Numbered from the stretch's first letter, positions 27,065 through 36,808 are shown. The stretch is 64,000 nucleotides of DNA from Myxococcales bacterium LLY-WYZ-16_1 (GCA_031800475.1 DAPKRQ010000152.1:8113-72112); one strand, 5' to 3'. Notes: a model not told the origin generated them from the letters alone. Numbers and translations are program-made.

Positions 27065-29035
27065 ATGGGGACGCCGCTCGCGCCTTTCCGGACCGCTCTT
27101 GCATCCCAAGTCGCGTCCAGCCAAGGGCTTTCCGGAGATCGGGTGGCCACCCTGGAGGCTTCGATCCGCACGCCGGCCCCGGAGCGGGGCGACTTGGCCC
27201 TCCCGGTGTTCACCTGGGCCAAAGAAGCCGGGCAGCGCCCCGATGTCTTGGCCCGGCAGGTGGCCGAGGCCCTGGCCGCTGCCGGGGACCCGAACTGGTC
27301 CCGGGTTCACGCGGAAGGCGCCTACGTCAACGTCACCGTGTCTGCGGCGGCCCTGGCCCGGGCGGTGGTGCCGGCCGCCCGCTCGGCCGATTACCTTCGA
27401 GACGACCAAGGTCGGGGTCGGACCGTGGTCATCGACTACAGCTCCCCGAACATCGCCAAGCCCCTCGGGTTTCACCACGTGAGAACCACGGTCATCGGCG
27501 CGGCCATCGCCCGCCTGCACGCAGCGTGCGGCTGGAACGTGGTGGGAATCAACTACCTCGGCGATTGGGGCCGGCAGTTCGGCTTGCTCGCCACCGGATT
27601 CGCCCGCCATGGCGACCCGAACCGAATCGACGACGCCAAACACCTGGTCGAGGTTTACATTCGTGCGAACCAAGAAGCCGACGTGGCCCGCGTTCAAGAA
27701 CGCATCGACCGACCCGCCGCCGCCCGAAAACTGGTGAAGGAGCTCGAAGAGCTTCGAGCCCAGCCGACCCCCGCAGGGGGCAAAGAGGCGAAAAAGCACG
27801 CGAAGAAGCTGAAGGGCCTCGAACGACGGCTCGACGCCCTGGGCGGTCCCGACCCGACGGAAGGTCCGGAGCTCGAAGCTTGGTTCGCTTCGCTCGAACG
27901 AGATGCCGAGGCGGCTCGGGAAGAGCTCCCTGGGGTCGAGGCCCGGGCCCGCGAAGCGCGCCAGTATCTTCGCCGCATGGAAGAAGGCGACGAGGCCGCC
28001 CTGGCCGAGTGGCGCCGATTTCGGGAGGCATCGATTCGGGAGTTTCAGCGGGTCTACGACCGTCTCGGCATCGAATTTTCTTCGATCGAAGGAGAATCCC
28101 TCTATCAGAATGTGCTCGAGTCCACGGTCGAGCGGGTTCGGGCCATGCCCGGAACCCGGGAGAGCGACGGCGCAGAGGTGGTCGACCTGGACTACGGCCC
28201 CGAAGAGCCGCCGGTCATCTTGAAGACCCGAGACGGCACCACACTCTACCTGACCCGCGACATCGCCGCTGCGATCGATCGATACGAACGATTCGAGTTC
28301 GACCGATCGCTCTACGTGGTCGGCGCGGACCAGGCCCTGCACTTCGCTCAGTTGTTCCGTACGCTCGAAGCGATGGGTCACACCTGGGCCGACCGTTGTC
28401 ACCACGTGCCCTTCGGCCGGCTGCGCGGAATGAGCACCCGCCGGGGTACCGTCGTGTTCTTGGACGAGGTGCTCGACGAAGCCGAAGCGAAGGCCAGAGA
28501 GATCTGCGAAGCCTCGGAGAAGATCGATCCCGCCCACCTGGACGAAGCGGTCACCGCCATCGGAATTGGCGCCGTGGTCTTCCAGGACCTGAAGAACCTG
28601 CGAACGAACGACTACACGTTCGATTGGAACGACGTGTTGAACTTCAACGGCCATACCGGACCCTATGTGCAGTTCGCCCACGCCCGGGCGTGCAGCATCC
28701 TGCGCAAAGGGGGTGGTGTTCCCTCCCGAGCAGATCTGTCGCGGCTCGAAACCCCGGAGGAACGGGCGGTCATGAAGGCCTTGGCGCGGCTTCCCGAGGT
28801 CCTGGTTCAGGCCTGCGAAGCGTTCGAGCCTTCGATGCTGACCCGGGCCGTGCTGGAGCTGGCCCAGACCGCCGCTTCCTATTTCACGGCCGGAAACCGG
28901 GACCGGGCCGCCCGGGTCCTGGTCGAAGACGACCCGGAGCTCCGGGCGGCACGCCTCCATCTGACCGATGCGATCCGGGCTTCGCTGGCCGCGGGACTGG
29001 AAACCCTGGGTCTTCGGGCTCCCGAAGCCATGTGA
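27065..29035 (+). CDS. argS: Arginine--tRNA ligase
   Basis: N-terminal ArgRS add-on domain (PERGDLALPVF), HIGH-like SSPNIAKPLGFHHVR, and the DALR anticodon-binding C-terminus ending in M. The ATG at 27065 is only 27 nt from the divergent apbC start; a GTG near 27140 (VATLEAS) is an alternative. Confidence 0.93.
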   Translation: MGTPLAPFRTALASQVASSQGLSGDRVATLEASIRTPAPERGDLALPVFTWAKEAGQRPDVLARQVAEALAAAGDPNWSRVHAEGAYVNVTVSAAALARAVVPAARSADYLRDDQGRGRTVVIDYSSPNIAKPLGFHHVRTTVIGAAIARLHAACGWNVVGINYLGDWGRQFGLLATGFARHGDPNRIDDAKHLVEVYIRANQEADVARVQERIDRPAAARKLVKELEELRAQPTPAGGKEAKKHAKKLKGLERRLDALGGPDPTEGPELEAWFASLERDAEAAREELPGVEARAREARQYLRRMEEGDEAALAEWRRFREASIREFQRVYDRLGIEFSSIEGESLYQNVLESTVERVRAMPGTRESDGAEVVDLDYGPEEPPVILKTRDGTTLYLTRDIAAAIDRYERFEFDRSLYVVGADQALHFAQLFRTLEAMGHTWADRCHHVPFGRLRGMSTRRGTVVFLDEVLDEAEAKAREICEASEKIDPAHLDEAVTAIGIGAVVFQDLKNLRTNDYTFDWNDVLNFNGHTGPYVQFAHARACSILRKGGGVPSRADLSRLETPEERAVMKALARLPEVLVQACEAFEPSMLTRAVLELAQTAASYFTAGNRDRAARVLVEDDPELRAARLHLTDAIRASLAAGLETLGLRAPEAM

Positions 29036-29214
29036 ACCGGCGCGGACTCGGCCCGGCTTTGCGAATAGCCCGCGCCCGGGCGATCCGGCCGCTCCCGACC
29101 GGAGAGCTGCCTGGCCGGGGTTGACCCTGTGTCCCGAGGACGGTGGCGTCGACACCGGCAGCAGGGGATTCGGCCGGCCCCTCCAGCCGGAACGAGGCCC
29201 CGGTGGATGGTGCG

Positions 29215-30510
29215 ATGGTGTGGCTCGGGTGCGCGATGGCCGTGTGGGCCGCAGCCGGTGGTGAGGCCACCGGGGCGCCCGGCGCAAAAGCAGCTCCGCC
29301 GCTGCCCGCGGTGGCGACTTCGACCAGCCGGCTGTTCGGTATGCTTCTGCTGGGGCCCGAGGCCGCCGACTCGGCCACCGAGCAGCGCTACGAAGAAGCG
29401 CCGATCCGAGAGGAGACACCGACCGTTCAGCTCGGCGGGGCGCTCCGGTTCAACTTCAGTTTCAACACCTACGGGGGCCCGTCCCAGTTTCCCTCTGCAT
29501 CGAGCTTCGACGTGTTTCGACTCGACGTAGGCGCTCGCTACGCCGACCTGGTTTTTTCCGCCCAGTACCGCTTCTACGCGGGCTACAACATGCTGCAGCA
29601 CGGCTACATCGGTACGGAGCTGGAGCGCGAGGGACTTTCGTTTCGCCTGGGCGTGACGCAAGTTCCGTTCGGTGTGCTGCCGTACGCTTCGCACAACTTC
29701 TTCTTCAGCTTGCCCTATTACGTAGGGCTCGAAGACGACTACGATCTCGGCATCAAAACGATCGTCGAGCTCGGCGACCTGGAGATCCAGCTGGCCTTTT
29801 TCAAGAACGACGAAGGAGGCTATTCGGGAAGCTCGTTGGACAGCGCCCGATACTCGTACGACCTGGTTCGAACGAGGCCAGGTGTGCTCTCTGCGGCTGG
29901 GATCTCGGAAGCCCGTTCCCTCGAAGAGACGAATCAAGCCAACCTTCGCATTGCGTGGACTCTTCGCCATGGCGAACACCTGAGCGCGGAGCTCGGCTTT
30001 TCGGGACAGATCGGCCAGACCTTCGAACGGAGCACCAACCGCCGAGGCGTGCAGTGGGCCATGGCTGGACACCTCGACGCCGACCTGGGCCCCGTCAACG
30101 TGGTCGCCGAGGGGGGACGCTACGAGATCGGGATGGATGAATCGGCGGTCGCAGATTCCCGCCTGGTGGCGATGGGCGCGTATGACGCACCATACACGGT
30201 GGCCGCTCGGGCGGAGTTTCTGACCACCGGGATCGCATGGGAGATTCCTCTTTCCTACTGGCTGTTCGAATCGATCACCTTCTACGACGACTTCAGCGCG
30301 TTGTACAAAGATCCCGAGGAGTTCGAAGACTCCTTTCAGAACACTGCAGGATTCCTGCTGGCGGTGGGCCCGGTGTATACCTACTTGGACTTTGCAGCTG
30401 GGCGGAACCATCCTTTTTTGGGGCTGCAGTACGTTCGGGCCTTGGGTCCGGGCGACCCCACCCAATCGTGGGAGCTTCGATTCAACATCAACGTGGGGTG
30501 GTACTTCTGA
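29215..30510 (+). CDS. Outer membrane beta-barrel protein (porin-like), hypothetical
   Basis: Signal peptide MVWLGCAMAVWAAAGGEA; alternating amphipathic beta-strand pattern rich in Y/F/G; C-terminal aromatic residue (NINVGWYF) typical of OMP barrels. An upstream start at 29143 is possible. Confidence 0.55.
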   Translation: MVWLGCAMAVWAAAGGEATGAPGAKAAPPLPAVATSTSRLFGMLLLGPEAADSATEQRYEEAPIREETPTVQLGGALRFNFSFNTYGGPSQFPSASSFDVFRLDVGARYADLVFSAQYRFYAGYNMLQHGYIGTELEREGLSFRLGVTQVPFGVLPYASHNFFFSLPYYVGLEDDYDLGIKTIVELGDLEIQLAFFKNDEGGYSGSSLDSARYSYDLVRTRPGVLSAAGISEARSLEETNQANLRIAWTLRHGEHLSAELGFSGQIGQTFERSTNRRGVQWAMAGHLDADLGPVNVVAEGGRYEIGMDESAVADSRLVAMGAYDAPYTVAARAEFLTTGIAWEIPLSYWLFESITFYDDFSALYKDPEEFEDSFQNTAGFLLAVGPVYTYLDFAAGRNHPFLGLQYVRALGPGDPTQSWELRFNINVGWYF

Positions 30511-30632
30511 GCCGCGCCCCCGGTCGTCTGGTCCCGCGGCCGCGGACGAGTCCGCCCCGGGACTCGGACCCAAGCGCGGACGACGGCGCTTCGCAGTGGA
30601 CCGACAGAACGATGAGGAGCTAGTTCCGGCCC

Positions 30633-31580
30633 GTGTCGGACCCGATGGACATGGCGGCTGCGGCCGCCTTGCTGCGTCAGGGCAGCGTGCTCGCTTTTCC
30701 CACCGAGACGGTCTACGGGCTCGGCGCCGTCATCGATCACCCGCACGCGGTCGCCCGGGTGTTCGAGCTGAAGGAACGACCGCGCTTCGACCCCCTGATC
30801 GTGCACCTGGCCGACGCGAACCAGCTCGCCGAGGTCTGGACCCACGTCTGTGAGCGGACCCGCCGACTGGCGGAACGCTTTTGGCCCGGTCCGCTGACGC
30901 TGCTCGGACCCAAGACCGATCGCGTGGCCGACCTGGTCACCGCGGGCCTTTCTCGGGTGGCGGTCCGGGTGCCCGCCCACCCCGTGGCGCGGGACCTGCT
31001 GCTGCGGGTCGGGGCACCCGTGGCGGCCCCATCGGCCAACCGATTCGGCGGGATCAGCCCCACCTCGGCCGAAGCGGTCCGGGCCGAGTTCGGGGATCGG
31101 TTGCCCGTGCTCGATGGCGGGCCCTGCTCCGTGGGCGTCGAATCGACGGTGCTGTCCTGGACCGACGCCGAAGAACCGGTGCTGCTCCGGCCCGGCGGGA
31201 TCTCGGTCGAAGCGCTGACGGACGCCTTGGGCCCGATCCGGATACCGGCGCCGGACGAACAGCAGCGGCTGAGCCCCGGACGGCTGGCGAAACACTACGC
31301 TCCCCGGACCCCCGTGGGGTGGAACGCCACCTTGCCTCCCAGCCCGAGCCGGGGCCTGTTGGCGTTTCGGGCCCCGGCCCCTCCAGGGTACGGGGCGACG
31401 GAGATCTTGTCGCCCACGGGCGACCTGAACGAGGCGGCCACCCGTCTGTTCGCCGCCCTGCGACACCTGGATCGCGCGGGGCTGGAGGCCATCGCGGTGG
31501 AGCCTGTCCCCGAAGAAGGGCTCGGTCGGGCGATCATGGACCGCCTGCGGCGGGCCATGGGAAAAGGGAACGAACCGTGA
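30633..31580 (+). CDS. tsaC: L-threonylcarbamoyladenylate synthase (Sua5/YrdC/TsaC, long form with Sua5 domain)
   Basis: LAFPTETVYGLGA and SANRFGGISPT YrdC motifs plus a C-terminal Sua5 domain; 315 aa. Confidence 0.9.
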   Translation: MSDPMDMAAAAALLRQGSVLAFPTETVYGLGAVIDHPHAVARVFELKERPRFDPLIVHLADANQLAEVWTHVCERTRRLAERFWPGPLTLLGPKTDRVADLVTAGLSRVAVRVPAHPVARDLLLRVGAPVAAPSANRFGGISPTSAEAVRAEFGDRLPVLDGGPCSVGVESTVLSWTDAEEPVLLRPGGISVEALTDALGPIRIPAPDEQQRLSPGRLAKHYAPRTPVGWNATLPPSPSRGLLAFRAPAPPGYGATEILSPTGDLNEAATRLFAALRHLDRAGLEAIAVEPVPEEGLGRAIMDRLRRAMGKGNEP

Positions 31581-31793
31581 CGGGACCTCAGCTCACCTTT
31601 TGGATCAGTTGGCTCGGCGTGAGCGCCGGCTTCACCTCCGCCGTGTACCCGGCGGTGCTCCGGCTGTCGGGATCTCGACAGCGCAGCTTGCTGGCGGCTT
31701 CCATGGCGGCGGTCCTGATCGGTTTCGGTGCGGGACTTTTCGCAAGCTCGATCCATCATGGCGTTGGAGCGTGGTTCGCGCCAGGGGTGGAGG

Positions 31794-32141
31794 ATGAGCG
31801 AAATCCGGATCGAACCGGTGCTGGAAGCGGTGGAAGTGCACTTCGAAGGGACGCGGATCGTGAACACGACCCGAGCCGTGCGCCTGTTGGAGGCGTCCTA
31901 CCCGCCCCGCATCTACATTCCGCGGGATGACGTCGACATGGCGCACCTGGAGCGCACCAGCCACCAGACCCACTGTCCGTTCAAAGGAACAGCGTCCTAC
32001 TACACGGTCCATGTCGGCGATTCCGAGGTGGCCAATGCGGCGTGGACATACGAAGAACCGATCCCCGAAGTCGCCGCCATTCGCGAACACCTCTGCTTCG
32101 ACGACGCCAAGGGGATCCAGATCACGGTCGCACCCGCCTGA
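31794..32141 (+). CDS. DUF427 domain-containing protein
   Basis: HCPFKGTASYY matches the conserved DUF427 HCPYKG core. A GGAGG SD precedes the ATG at 31794. Confidence 0.7.
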   Translation: MSEIRIEPVLEAVEVHFEGTRIVNTTRAVRLLEASYPPRIYIPRDDVDMAHLERTSHQTHCPFKGTASYYTVHVGDSEVANAAWTYEEPIPEVAAIREHLCFDDAKGIQITVAPA

Positions 32142-32243
32142 GCCCGCGCTCCCCCCCGTCCCGACACAGCGTGTCCCAACCCTTTCGCGGTGACACCCGT
32201 GTCGTATTGAAAAATCATACCGCTCGCGTGACCGATTTCGGAT

Positions 32244-32258
32244 GGCACGGTCACTGCT
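32244..32258 (+). promoter_or_regulatory. Putative sigma-54 (-24/-12) promoter P1: TGGCACGGTCACTGC
   Basis: GG and GC dinucleotides are spaced 12 nt apart. It sits about 100 nt upstream of the lipoprotein gene at 32357. The inverted repeat GTGACACCCGTGTC (32193..32207) lies about 40 bp upstream. Confidence 0.5.
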
Positions 32259-32356
32259 TCCTCGAATGGATACTGGCTCCGTGAGCCCGTCCGATGGGGC
32301 GGGCTCCCGTTCCGGCCCCGGGCCGGAAGTGGGCCGGTACGAAGGGAGAAAGGCAC

Positions 32357-33034
32357 ATGAATCATTTCAAGCGAATCTGGGTTGGAACCGCCGTCGCGAG
32401 TCTCGCCGCCTGCGGCGGAGTCGAGCCGACTGCCGAGAACGCCGAAAAGCGGCGAGCAATCCCATCCGACCGCTACGAGGGCTTGGCGGTGCTCGTCGAA
32501 GGTCCGAGCGAACGGGTGAAAGTCGGTGAGCCCTTCGAGATCAGAGCGGAGATCGTCCCCCCCGCGGTCCCGTTCGAGCAGGAGACGTGGCTCGAGGTGT
32601 CCTTGCCGGAGGGGCTGAACCTCGATCACTTCGACAGCGAAGGCATGCTGGATTGCGCGGTGGAGAGTCCCCACATGGTGTGTGTCCTGTTCGAGGGTCC
32701 GGGGCGGGCTCCCTGGACGCTGACCCTGGTGACCCGGGCCGACGCGACCGGCGCGATCGGGGCGGGTCGCGTGGAGTTGCGCGACGAGGCCGGGTCCATC
32801 GCCCGTGCGCAGACGCCGGCCATCGACGTGGTCGGTTTGGCTTGGGAGGGGGGCGGCTTGGTTCCCGGCATCCCCTTGGAGTACGCGGACCGCTTTCGGG
32901 AATACGACCTTCGGGACAGCTGGAAAGACCTGCCCGACCGAGTCCGCACGGTGCTCGGGCCCGAGCGCGGGGTCGGTCAGAACCTGGCGAACCCGAATCT
33001 GCTTCGGGGCGGGACCCAGCGAGAGCTTCGATAG
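32357..33034 (+). CDS. Hypothetical lipoprotein
   Basis: Lipoprotein signal MNHFKRIWVGTAVASLAACGG (lipobox LAAC). SD GGAGAAAGG upstream. An ORF-track start at 32294 is possible but would lack the signal peptide. Confidence 0.6.
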   Translation: MNHFKRIWVGTAVASLAACGGVEPTAENAEKRRAIPSDRYEGLAVLVEGPSERVKVGEPFEIRAEIVPPAVPFEQETWLEVSLPEGLNLDHFDSEGMLDCAVESPHMVCVLFEGPGRAPWTLTLVTRADATGAIGAGRVELRDEAGSIARAQTPAIDVVGLAWEGGGLVPGIPLEYADRFREYDLRDSWKDLPDRVRTVLGPERGVGQNLANPNLLRGGTQRELR

Positions 33035-33052
33035 GTTCGGCAGCCGTTCATC

Positions 33053-33094
33053 GAGGCGGCGGCCGGCGGGGTAACCGCCGGCCGCCTTTTTTCG
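33053..33094 (+). terminator. Rho-independent terminator (GC hairpin plus T6)
   Basis: GGCGGCGGCCGGCGG - GGTAA - CCGCCGGCCGCC followed by TTTTTT, between the convergent lipoprotein and sigma-54 activator genes. Confidence 0.7.
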
Positions 33095-33107
33095 TTCGAC
33101 GCAACCT

Positions 33108-34613
33108 TCAGCGGAAACTGCGGTGGTCGATCCGCAGACGCTTCAGCCAACGATAGAGTTGATTGCGGTGCCAGCCATTTTCGGCAGCAGCCCGCTTGAC
33201 GTTGCCCCCGGTGGCTCGGAGGGCGGCGATGATCCGGTCTCGGCCCGGCGTGTTCGATTCGTCGACGAGAGGGAGGGGGTCTTCGGGCTCCGCGTACACG
33301 GTGGTGGGTTCGCTCTTCGACGGGCCACCGATTCGGCTCAAGACCCGGGCGCGCAGTGCCGGCGGCAGCAGGTGGACGTCCAACTCCTCACCCGGGGGCG
33401 CCATCTCCGAGACCCGGCGGGCGAGCTTCTTGAGTTCCCGGACATTCATCGGCCACTCGTAGAGCAACAGAGCCTCCTGGAACTCCGCGGTCATCGGGGC
33501 CGGGGCCTCCGACCCGAAATAGTGGTTCCACAGCACCAGCACGTCGGCCCGACGGTCGACGAGGCGCGGCAGCCGCAGCACCCAATCGCCGAGCCGAGCG
33601 AGCAGATCCCGACGAAAACCGGACCTCTCCAGATCCACATGGGTCGCCGCCACGACCCGGACGTTCACCTCGATGGTGTGGCTGTCGCCGACCCGTCGAA
33701 CCCGGCGGTCTTCCATGACGCGAAGAAGCTTGGCCTGAAGGTGGGCCGGTAGATCTCCGACCTCGTCCAGAAACAGAGTCCCTCCCTCGGCTTGTTCGAA
33801 GTACCCGGGGCGGTCCTGTTCGGCACCGGTGAAGGCGCCCTTGACGTGCCCGAAGAACTCGGCCTCTGCCAGATCGTGCGGGATGGCCGCGCAGTTGACG
33901 GCGACGAATTCGCCTTCGACCCCGCTGGCCTCGTGGATGGCCTGGGCCGTGACCTCTTTGCCGGTGCCGGTTGCGCCCAACAACAGGACCGTTCCCTCGC
34001 TCGAAGCGACCGTGGCGATCGAACGACGCAAGGCTCGGGCCGGGGAGGAGCTACCGACCAAACCTCGGGGGTGAATCTCGGGAACCGACGGCGCTGCGGG
34101 CAAGTCGTCGAGTTCCACATCCCGATCCACGACGAACAGCGTGTCGCCGGCGACGACGACCTGGCCCGGGAACGGAGCACTCCCCTCGATGCGCACGCCG
34201 TCCACGTACGTGCCGTTGGCCGTGTCCAAGTCGATGATCTCGTACTGGCCGTCCCGGTCCGGTTCGAGCCTAAAGTGTCGGCGGGACATGCGCGGGTCCT
34301 CGACGCGGGCGCTCACGCCGCGGCCCCGACCGAACTCGTAGCGGGCTCCATCCAGTTCGACGGAAGCGCCGAGGAGCGTCGGGTCCGGACTGGCGACACA
34401 GGTGAGGACGGGATGTGCACGGTGCGACCGGACCGAGGCCGCCCGTTTGAGCGTGGTCTCGGAGGTATTTTCCGGGGACCGTGTGACCGTACCCGCCACG
34501 AATCGGTATCTTGCACTGTTGCGACGGGACTCGTCGACCGTGGAGGGGGTGGATCCGTCGGCTTTCACCGAAGCGTCTCGAACGGGGGCTGTAGAAGGAT
34601 TCCGACTGAGCAT
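33108..34613 (-). CDS. Sigma-54-dependent transcriptional activator (enhancer-binding protein) with N-terminal FHA domain and C-terminal Fis-type HTH
   Basis: FHA ([23 protein letters not shown] ... [10 protein letters not shown]). AAA+ sigma-54 interaction domain (GATGTGKEV Walker A, GAFTGA, ESELFGH-like AEFFGH, Walker B FLDEVGDL). C-terminal HTH ([23 protein letters not shown]). Start at MLSRNP (34613); the track start 34778 is an alternative. Confidence 0.9.
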   Translation of the reverse strand: MLSRNPSTAPVRDASVKADGSTPSTVDESRRNSARYRFVAGTVTRSPENTSETTLKRAASVRSHRAHPVLTCVASPDPTLLGASVELDGARYEFGRGRGVSARVEDPRMSRRHFRLEPDRDGQYEIIDLDTANGTYVDGVRIEGSAPFPGQVVVAGDTLFVVDRDVELDDLPAAPSVPEIHPRGLVGSSSPARALRRSIATVASSEGTVLLLGATGTGKEVTAQAIHEASGVEGEFVAVNCAAIPHDLAEAEFFGHVKGAFTGAEQDRPGYFEQAEGGTLFLDEVGDLPAHLQAKLLRVMEDRRVRRVGDSHTIEVNVRVVAATHVDLERSGFRRDLLARLGDWVLRLPRLVDRRADVLVLWNHYFGSEAPAPMTAEFQEALLLYEWPMNVRELKKLARRVSEMAPPGEELDVHLLPPALRARVLSRIGGPSKSEPTTVYAEPEDPLPLVDESNTPGRDRIIAALRATGGNVKRAAAENGWHRNQLYRWLKRLRIDHRSFR

Positions 34614-34938
34614 GCGGCAGCCCTCAGCACGGAGCATGCCGTGCGGATTCGCGGCGCCTGCCGGATGCAAAAGGCCAGGCTGACACGGGCTGCCACGTGT
34701 CATGACCGCCTGTGCCACGTGACAGCCCGTGTCATGGCCCGAAGGCGCCGCAGCGGAGCCTTCCGGCCTAACGCGCAAAAACTGCGCTTTTTTGCCGGAG
34801 CGGGCGGGCGGCGCTCCGGTCCGACCACTTCGGCGAAAGAGGCCCCGTCACCGGTGACAGGTGACACGACACGGCCCTCGGCGGGTCAGGCGGCCCGGGA
34901 TCCGCACCGTCGTTTCCTCCCGGCCCGTCCCCGCCGCT

Positions 34939-34953
34939 TGGCACGCTCCGTGC
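34939..34953 (+). promoter_or_regulatory. Putative sigma-54 (-24/-12) promoter P2: TGGCACGCTCCGTGC
   Basis: GG-N10-GC spacing is correct. It lies about 45 nt upstream of the ATG at 35000. It is nearly identical to P1 (TGGCACGNTCNNTGCT) and is divergent from the sigma-54 activator gene. Confidence 0.55.
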
Positions 34954-34999
34954 TCCTTCTTCTTTTTGCGCACCGAAAGGGCGAGAAAGGCACGAAGAC

Positions 35000-35731
35000 A
35001 TGAAAGCTGCATGGACATTGTCATCCATTCTGTTGATTTCCGCACCGATTCAAAACGGCCGAGCCGAGGCCGAACCCGAAGAGACCGCAGCCACGTCGAA
35101 AGCACCTCGCGTCGACGTGGATCGGCGCGCCCGAGACGAGGCTGTCGTAAAGCGAGCAGGCATTTTGGGCATGCTGCGCGATTCGGAAGATTCCGCCGTA
35201 CTCCGGGTTCTCCTGTCGCACCGATTGGGCCCTGGGGTGGCCGCAGCCACGGCTCGGCTGAAGGGTACCGAGCAACGGGCTTCGCTCGAAGCGAGGGCCC
35301 GGCCAGCGGCCCCATCGAAAACTCGGCGTTCCGTCTCCATCGGAACGCTGGCTCGCTCCTCGGAAGCGAGCGTCAAAGAAGTGAAAACCCGAGGAAAGGC
35401 TCGCGCTCGCCTCGGTGCGACCCGGACCCTGCCCGGCATCGATGCCTCCCACGTGCGTCGGGTGTTGCGCTCCGCCGATGAGGAGGTGGTGGCCTGCACG
35501 CGCTCCGAGCTGCGCCGGCAGCCCCGGTTCGAGGGCGTCTTCGACACCGAGCTTCGGGTGGGAGCCGACGGCAAGGTGGAGCAAGCGCGGGTGATTGCCG
35601 TGGACCGGGATGCACCGCAGCTGGTCGCCTGCCTCGAAACCGCCTTCCGCGGACTTCGCTTCAAAGCGCCCAAGGGCGGGGGGCAGGCCATCGTGAAGGA
35701 CTCGTTCACCCTCGGCCGCTCGATTCCCTGA
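35000..35731 (+). CDS. Secreted hypothetical protein with TonB-C/AgmX-like C-terminal domain
   Basis: Signal peptide MKAAWTLSSILLISAPIQNGRAEA encoded by unusually AT-rich codons. SD AAGGGCGAGAAAGG. The C-terminal 90 aa (ELRVGADGKVEQARVIAV ... LRFKAPKGGG) resemble a TonB-C-like fold (weak). Confidence 0.6.
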   Translation: MKAAWTLSSILLISAPIQNGRAEAEPEETAATSKAPRVDVDRRARDEAVVKRAGILGMLRDSEDSAVLRVLLSHRLGPGVAAATARLKGTEQRASLEARARPAAPSKTRRSVSIGTLARSSEASVKEVKTRGKARARLGATRTLPGIDASHVRRVLRSADEEVVACTRSELRRQPRFEGVFDTELRVGADGKVEQARVIAVDRDAPQLVACLETAFRGLRFKAPKGGGQAIVKDSFTLGRSIP

Positions 35732-35756
35732 AGCGTCCCATCGAATCGCCCCCCGT

Positions 35757-35793
35757 TGCGGCCGGTCCGCGGGCTGCACTGCGCGGACCGGCC
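35757..35793 (+). terminator. Perfect 14-bp inverted repeat hairpin (GCGGCCGGTCCGCG - 9 nt - CGCGGACCGGCCGC), probable intrinsic terminator without a U-tract
   Basis: Located 25 nt downstream of the 35731 stop. U-less GC hairpins are common terminators in high-GC bacteria. Confidence 0.5.
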
Positions 35794-35882
35794 GCACCCA
35801 TCGAAGCTGGCTTGTCGACCTACCGAGTCTCTTTCCGCGATGAAAGCTTGGCCTCGACCGGGATCCTTGGTGACAAGGCACC

Positions 35883-36740
35883 GTGCCTCACGCACTCGAG
35901 CACAGTTTCGAAGGCATCGGCGGCCCGCAGCCAGCCTGGGCCGTGACGCCGGATGGCCCCGCCAAGGCGAGCTTCGCCCTGATGCCGGCCCTCGGCATTC
36001 CCGCCGGCTACTATCACGAGTTTCTGGAACGGATCGCCGACCACGGCATCGCCGCCGCGGTCTGCGAGCTTCCGGGCTCGGGCGAGAGCCCGGCTCGACG
36101 TCCGGAAAGCCGCGTCCATTGGAGCTACGACGAACTGGTCCGCGTTCAAGCCGAGGGCCTGTTTCGCTGGTGTGCCGAGCTGGTCCCCGGCGCTCCCTTC
36201 TTCTGGGGCGGACATTCGCTCGGCGGGCAGGTGGCAGCACTGCACACAGGCTATCGAAACGAGTGTGTTCGTGGGTTGGCACTGTTGGCATCGGGCTCAC
36301 CGCACCACGCTGCTTGGGGCGGCTTCGCCGGACTCCAGATCCGCGTAGCGGGAATGGTAGCCGAGAGTCTCGCCCTTACCCTCGGCTACCTGCCCGGAGA
36401 CCGACTGGGATTCGGAGGCAGAGAGTCGAAACGACTGATTTCCGACTGGCACCGAGCCCTTCGAACTGGGAGCTTTTCGACCGAGCGCTTCGATGGAGAT
36501 GGACTTCTCGGTGCAGCTACCTGCGACGCCCTGGTGGTCACGGTGTGGGACGACGACTGGGCGCCGGCGGAGTCGGCCCGCACACTTCTCGGCCGCACCC
36601 GTTGCGGCCAAACCCAGTGGTATCGGGTCGAAGGCGACGCGCCCGTGGGCCACAATCGATGGCCACGCAGGCGCCCGAGAGAGGTCGCAGCACGGCTGGC
36701 CGAGTTCGTCGAGCAACGGCTGGACCGTCCGAGCACCTAA
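35883..36740 (+). CDS. Alpha/beta hydrolase
   Basis: GHSLGG nucleophile elbow (GxSxG); 285 aa. Confidence 0.8.
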   Translation: MPHALEHSFEGIGGPQPAWAVTPDGPAKASFALMPALGIPAGYYHEFLERIADHGIAAAVCELPGSGESPARRPESRVHWSYDELVRVQAEGLFRWCAELVPGAPFFWGGHSLGGQVAALHTGYRNECVRGLALLASGSPHHAAWGGFAGLQIRVAGMVAESLALTLGYLPGDRLGFGGRESKRLISDWHRALRTGSFSTERFDGDGLLGAATCDALVVTVWDDDWAPAESARTLLGRTRCGQTQWYRVEGDAPVGHNRWPRRRPREVAARLAEFVEQRLDRPST

Positions 36741-36808
36741 AGCCTGTTTTTGTGTCGCGCTTCGAGACAGAGTGCGAGCTCGGGGTCGAGCTCGACGGAA
36801 GGGGGCCG

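Noticed and set aside
26180-29035. 951-aa + ORF as one protein
   Set aside because: Its first roughly 295 codons are antisense to apbC. ArgRS homology begins at 27065.
31577-31930. Small 2-TM ORF (VTGPQLTFWISWLGVSAGFTSAVYPAVL ...) starting at a GTG overlapping the Sua5 stop
   Set aside because: The frame has no stop until 31930 and would overlap the DUF427 gene with R/G-rich sequence. GC3 is only moderate. It may contain a short real membrane peptide, but this cannot be supported from sequence alone.
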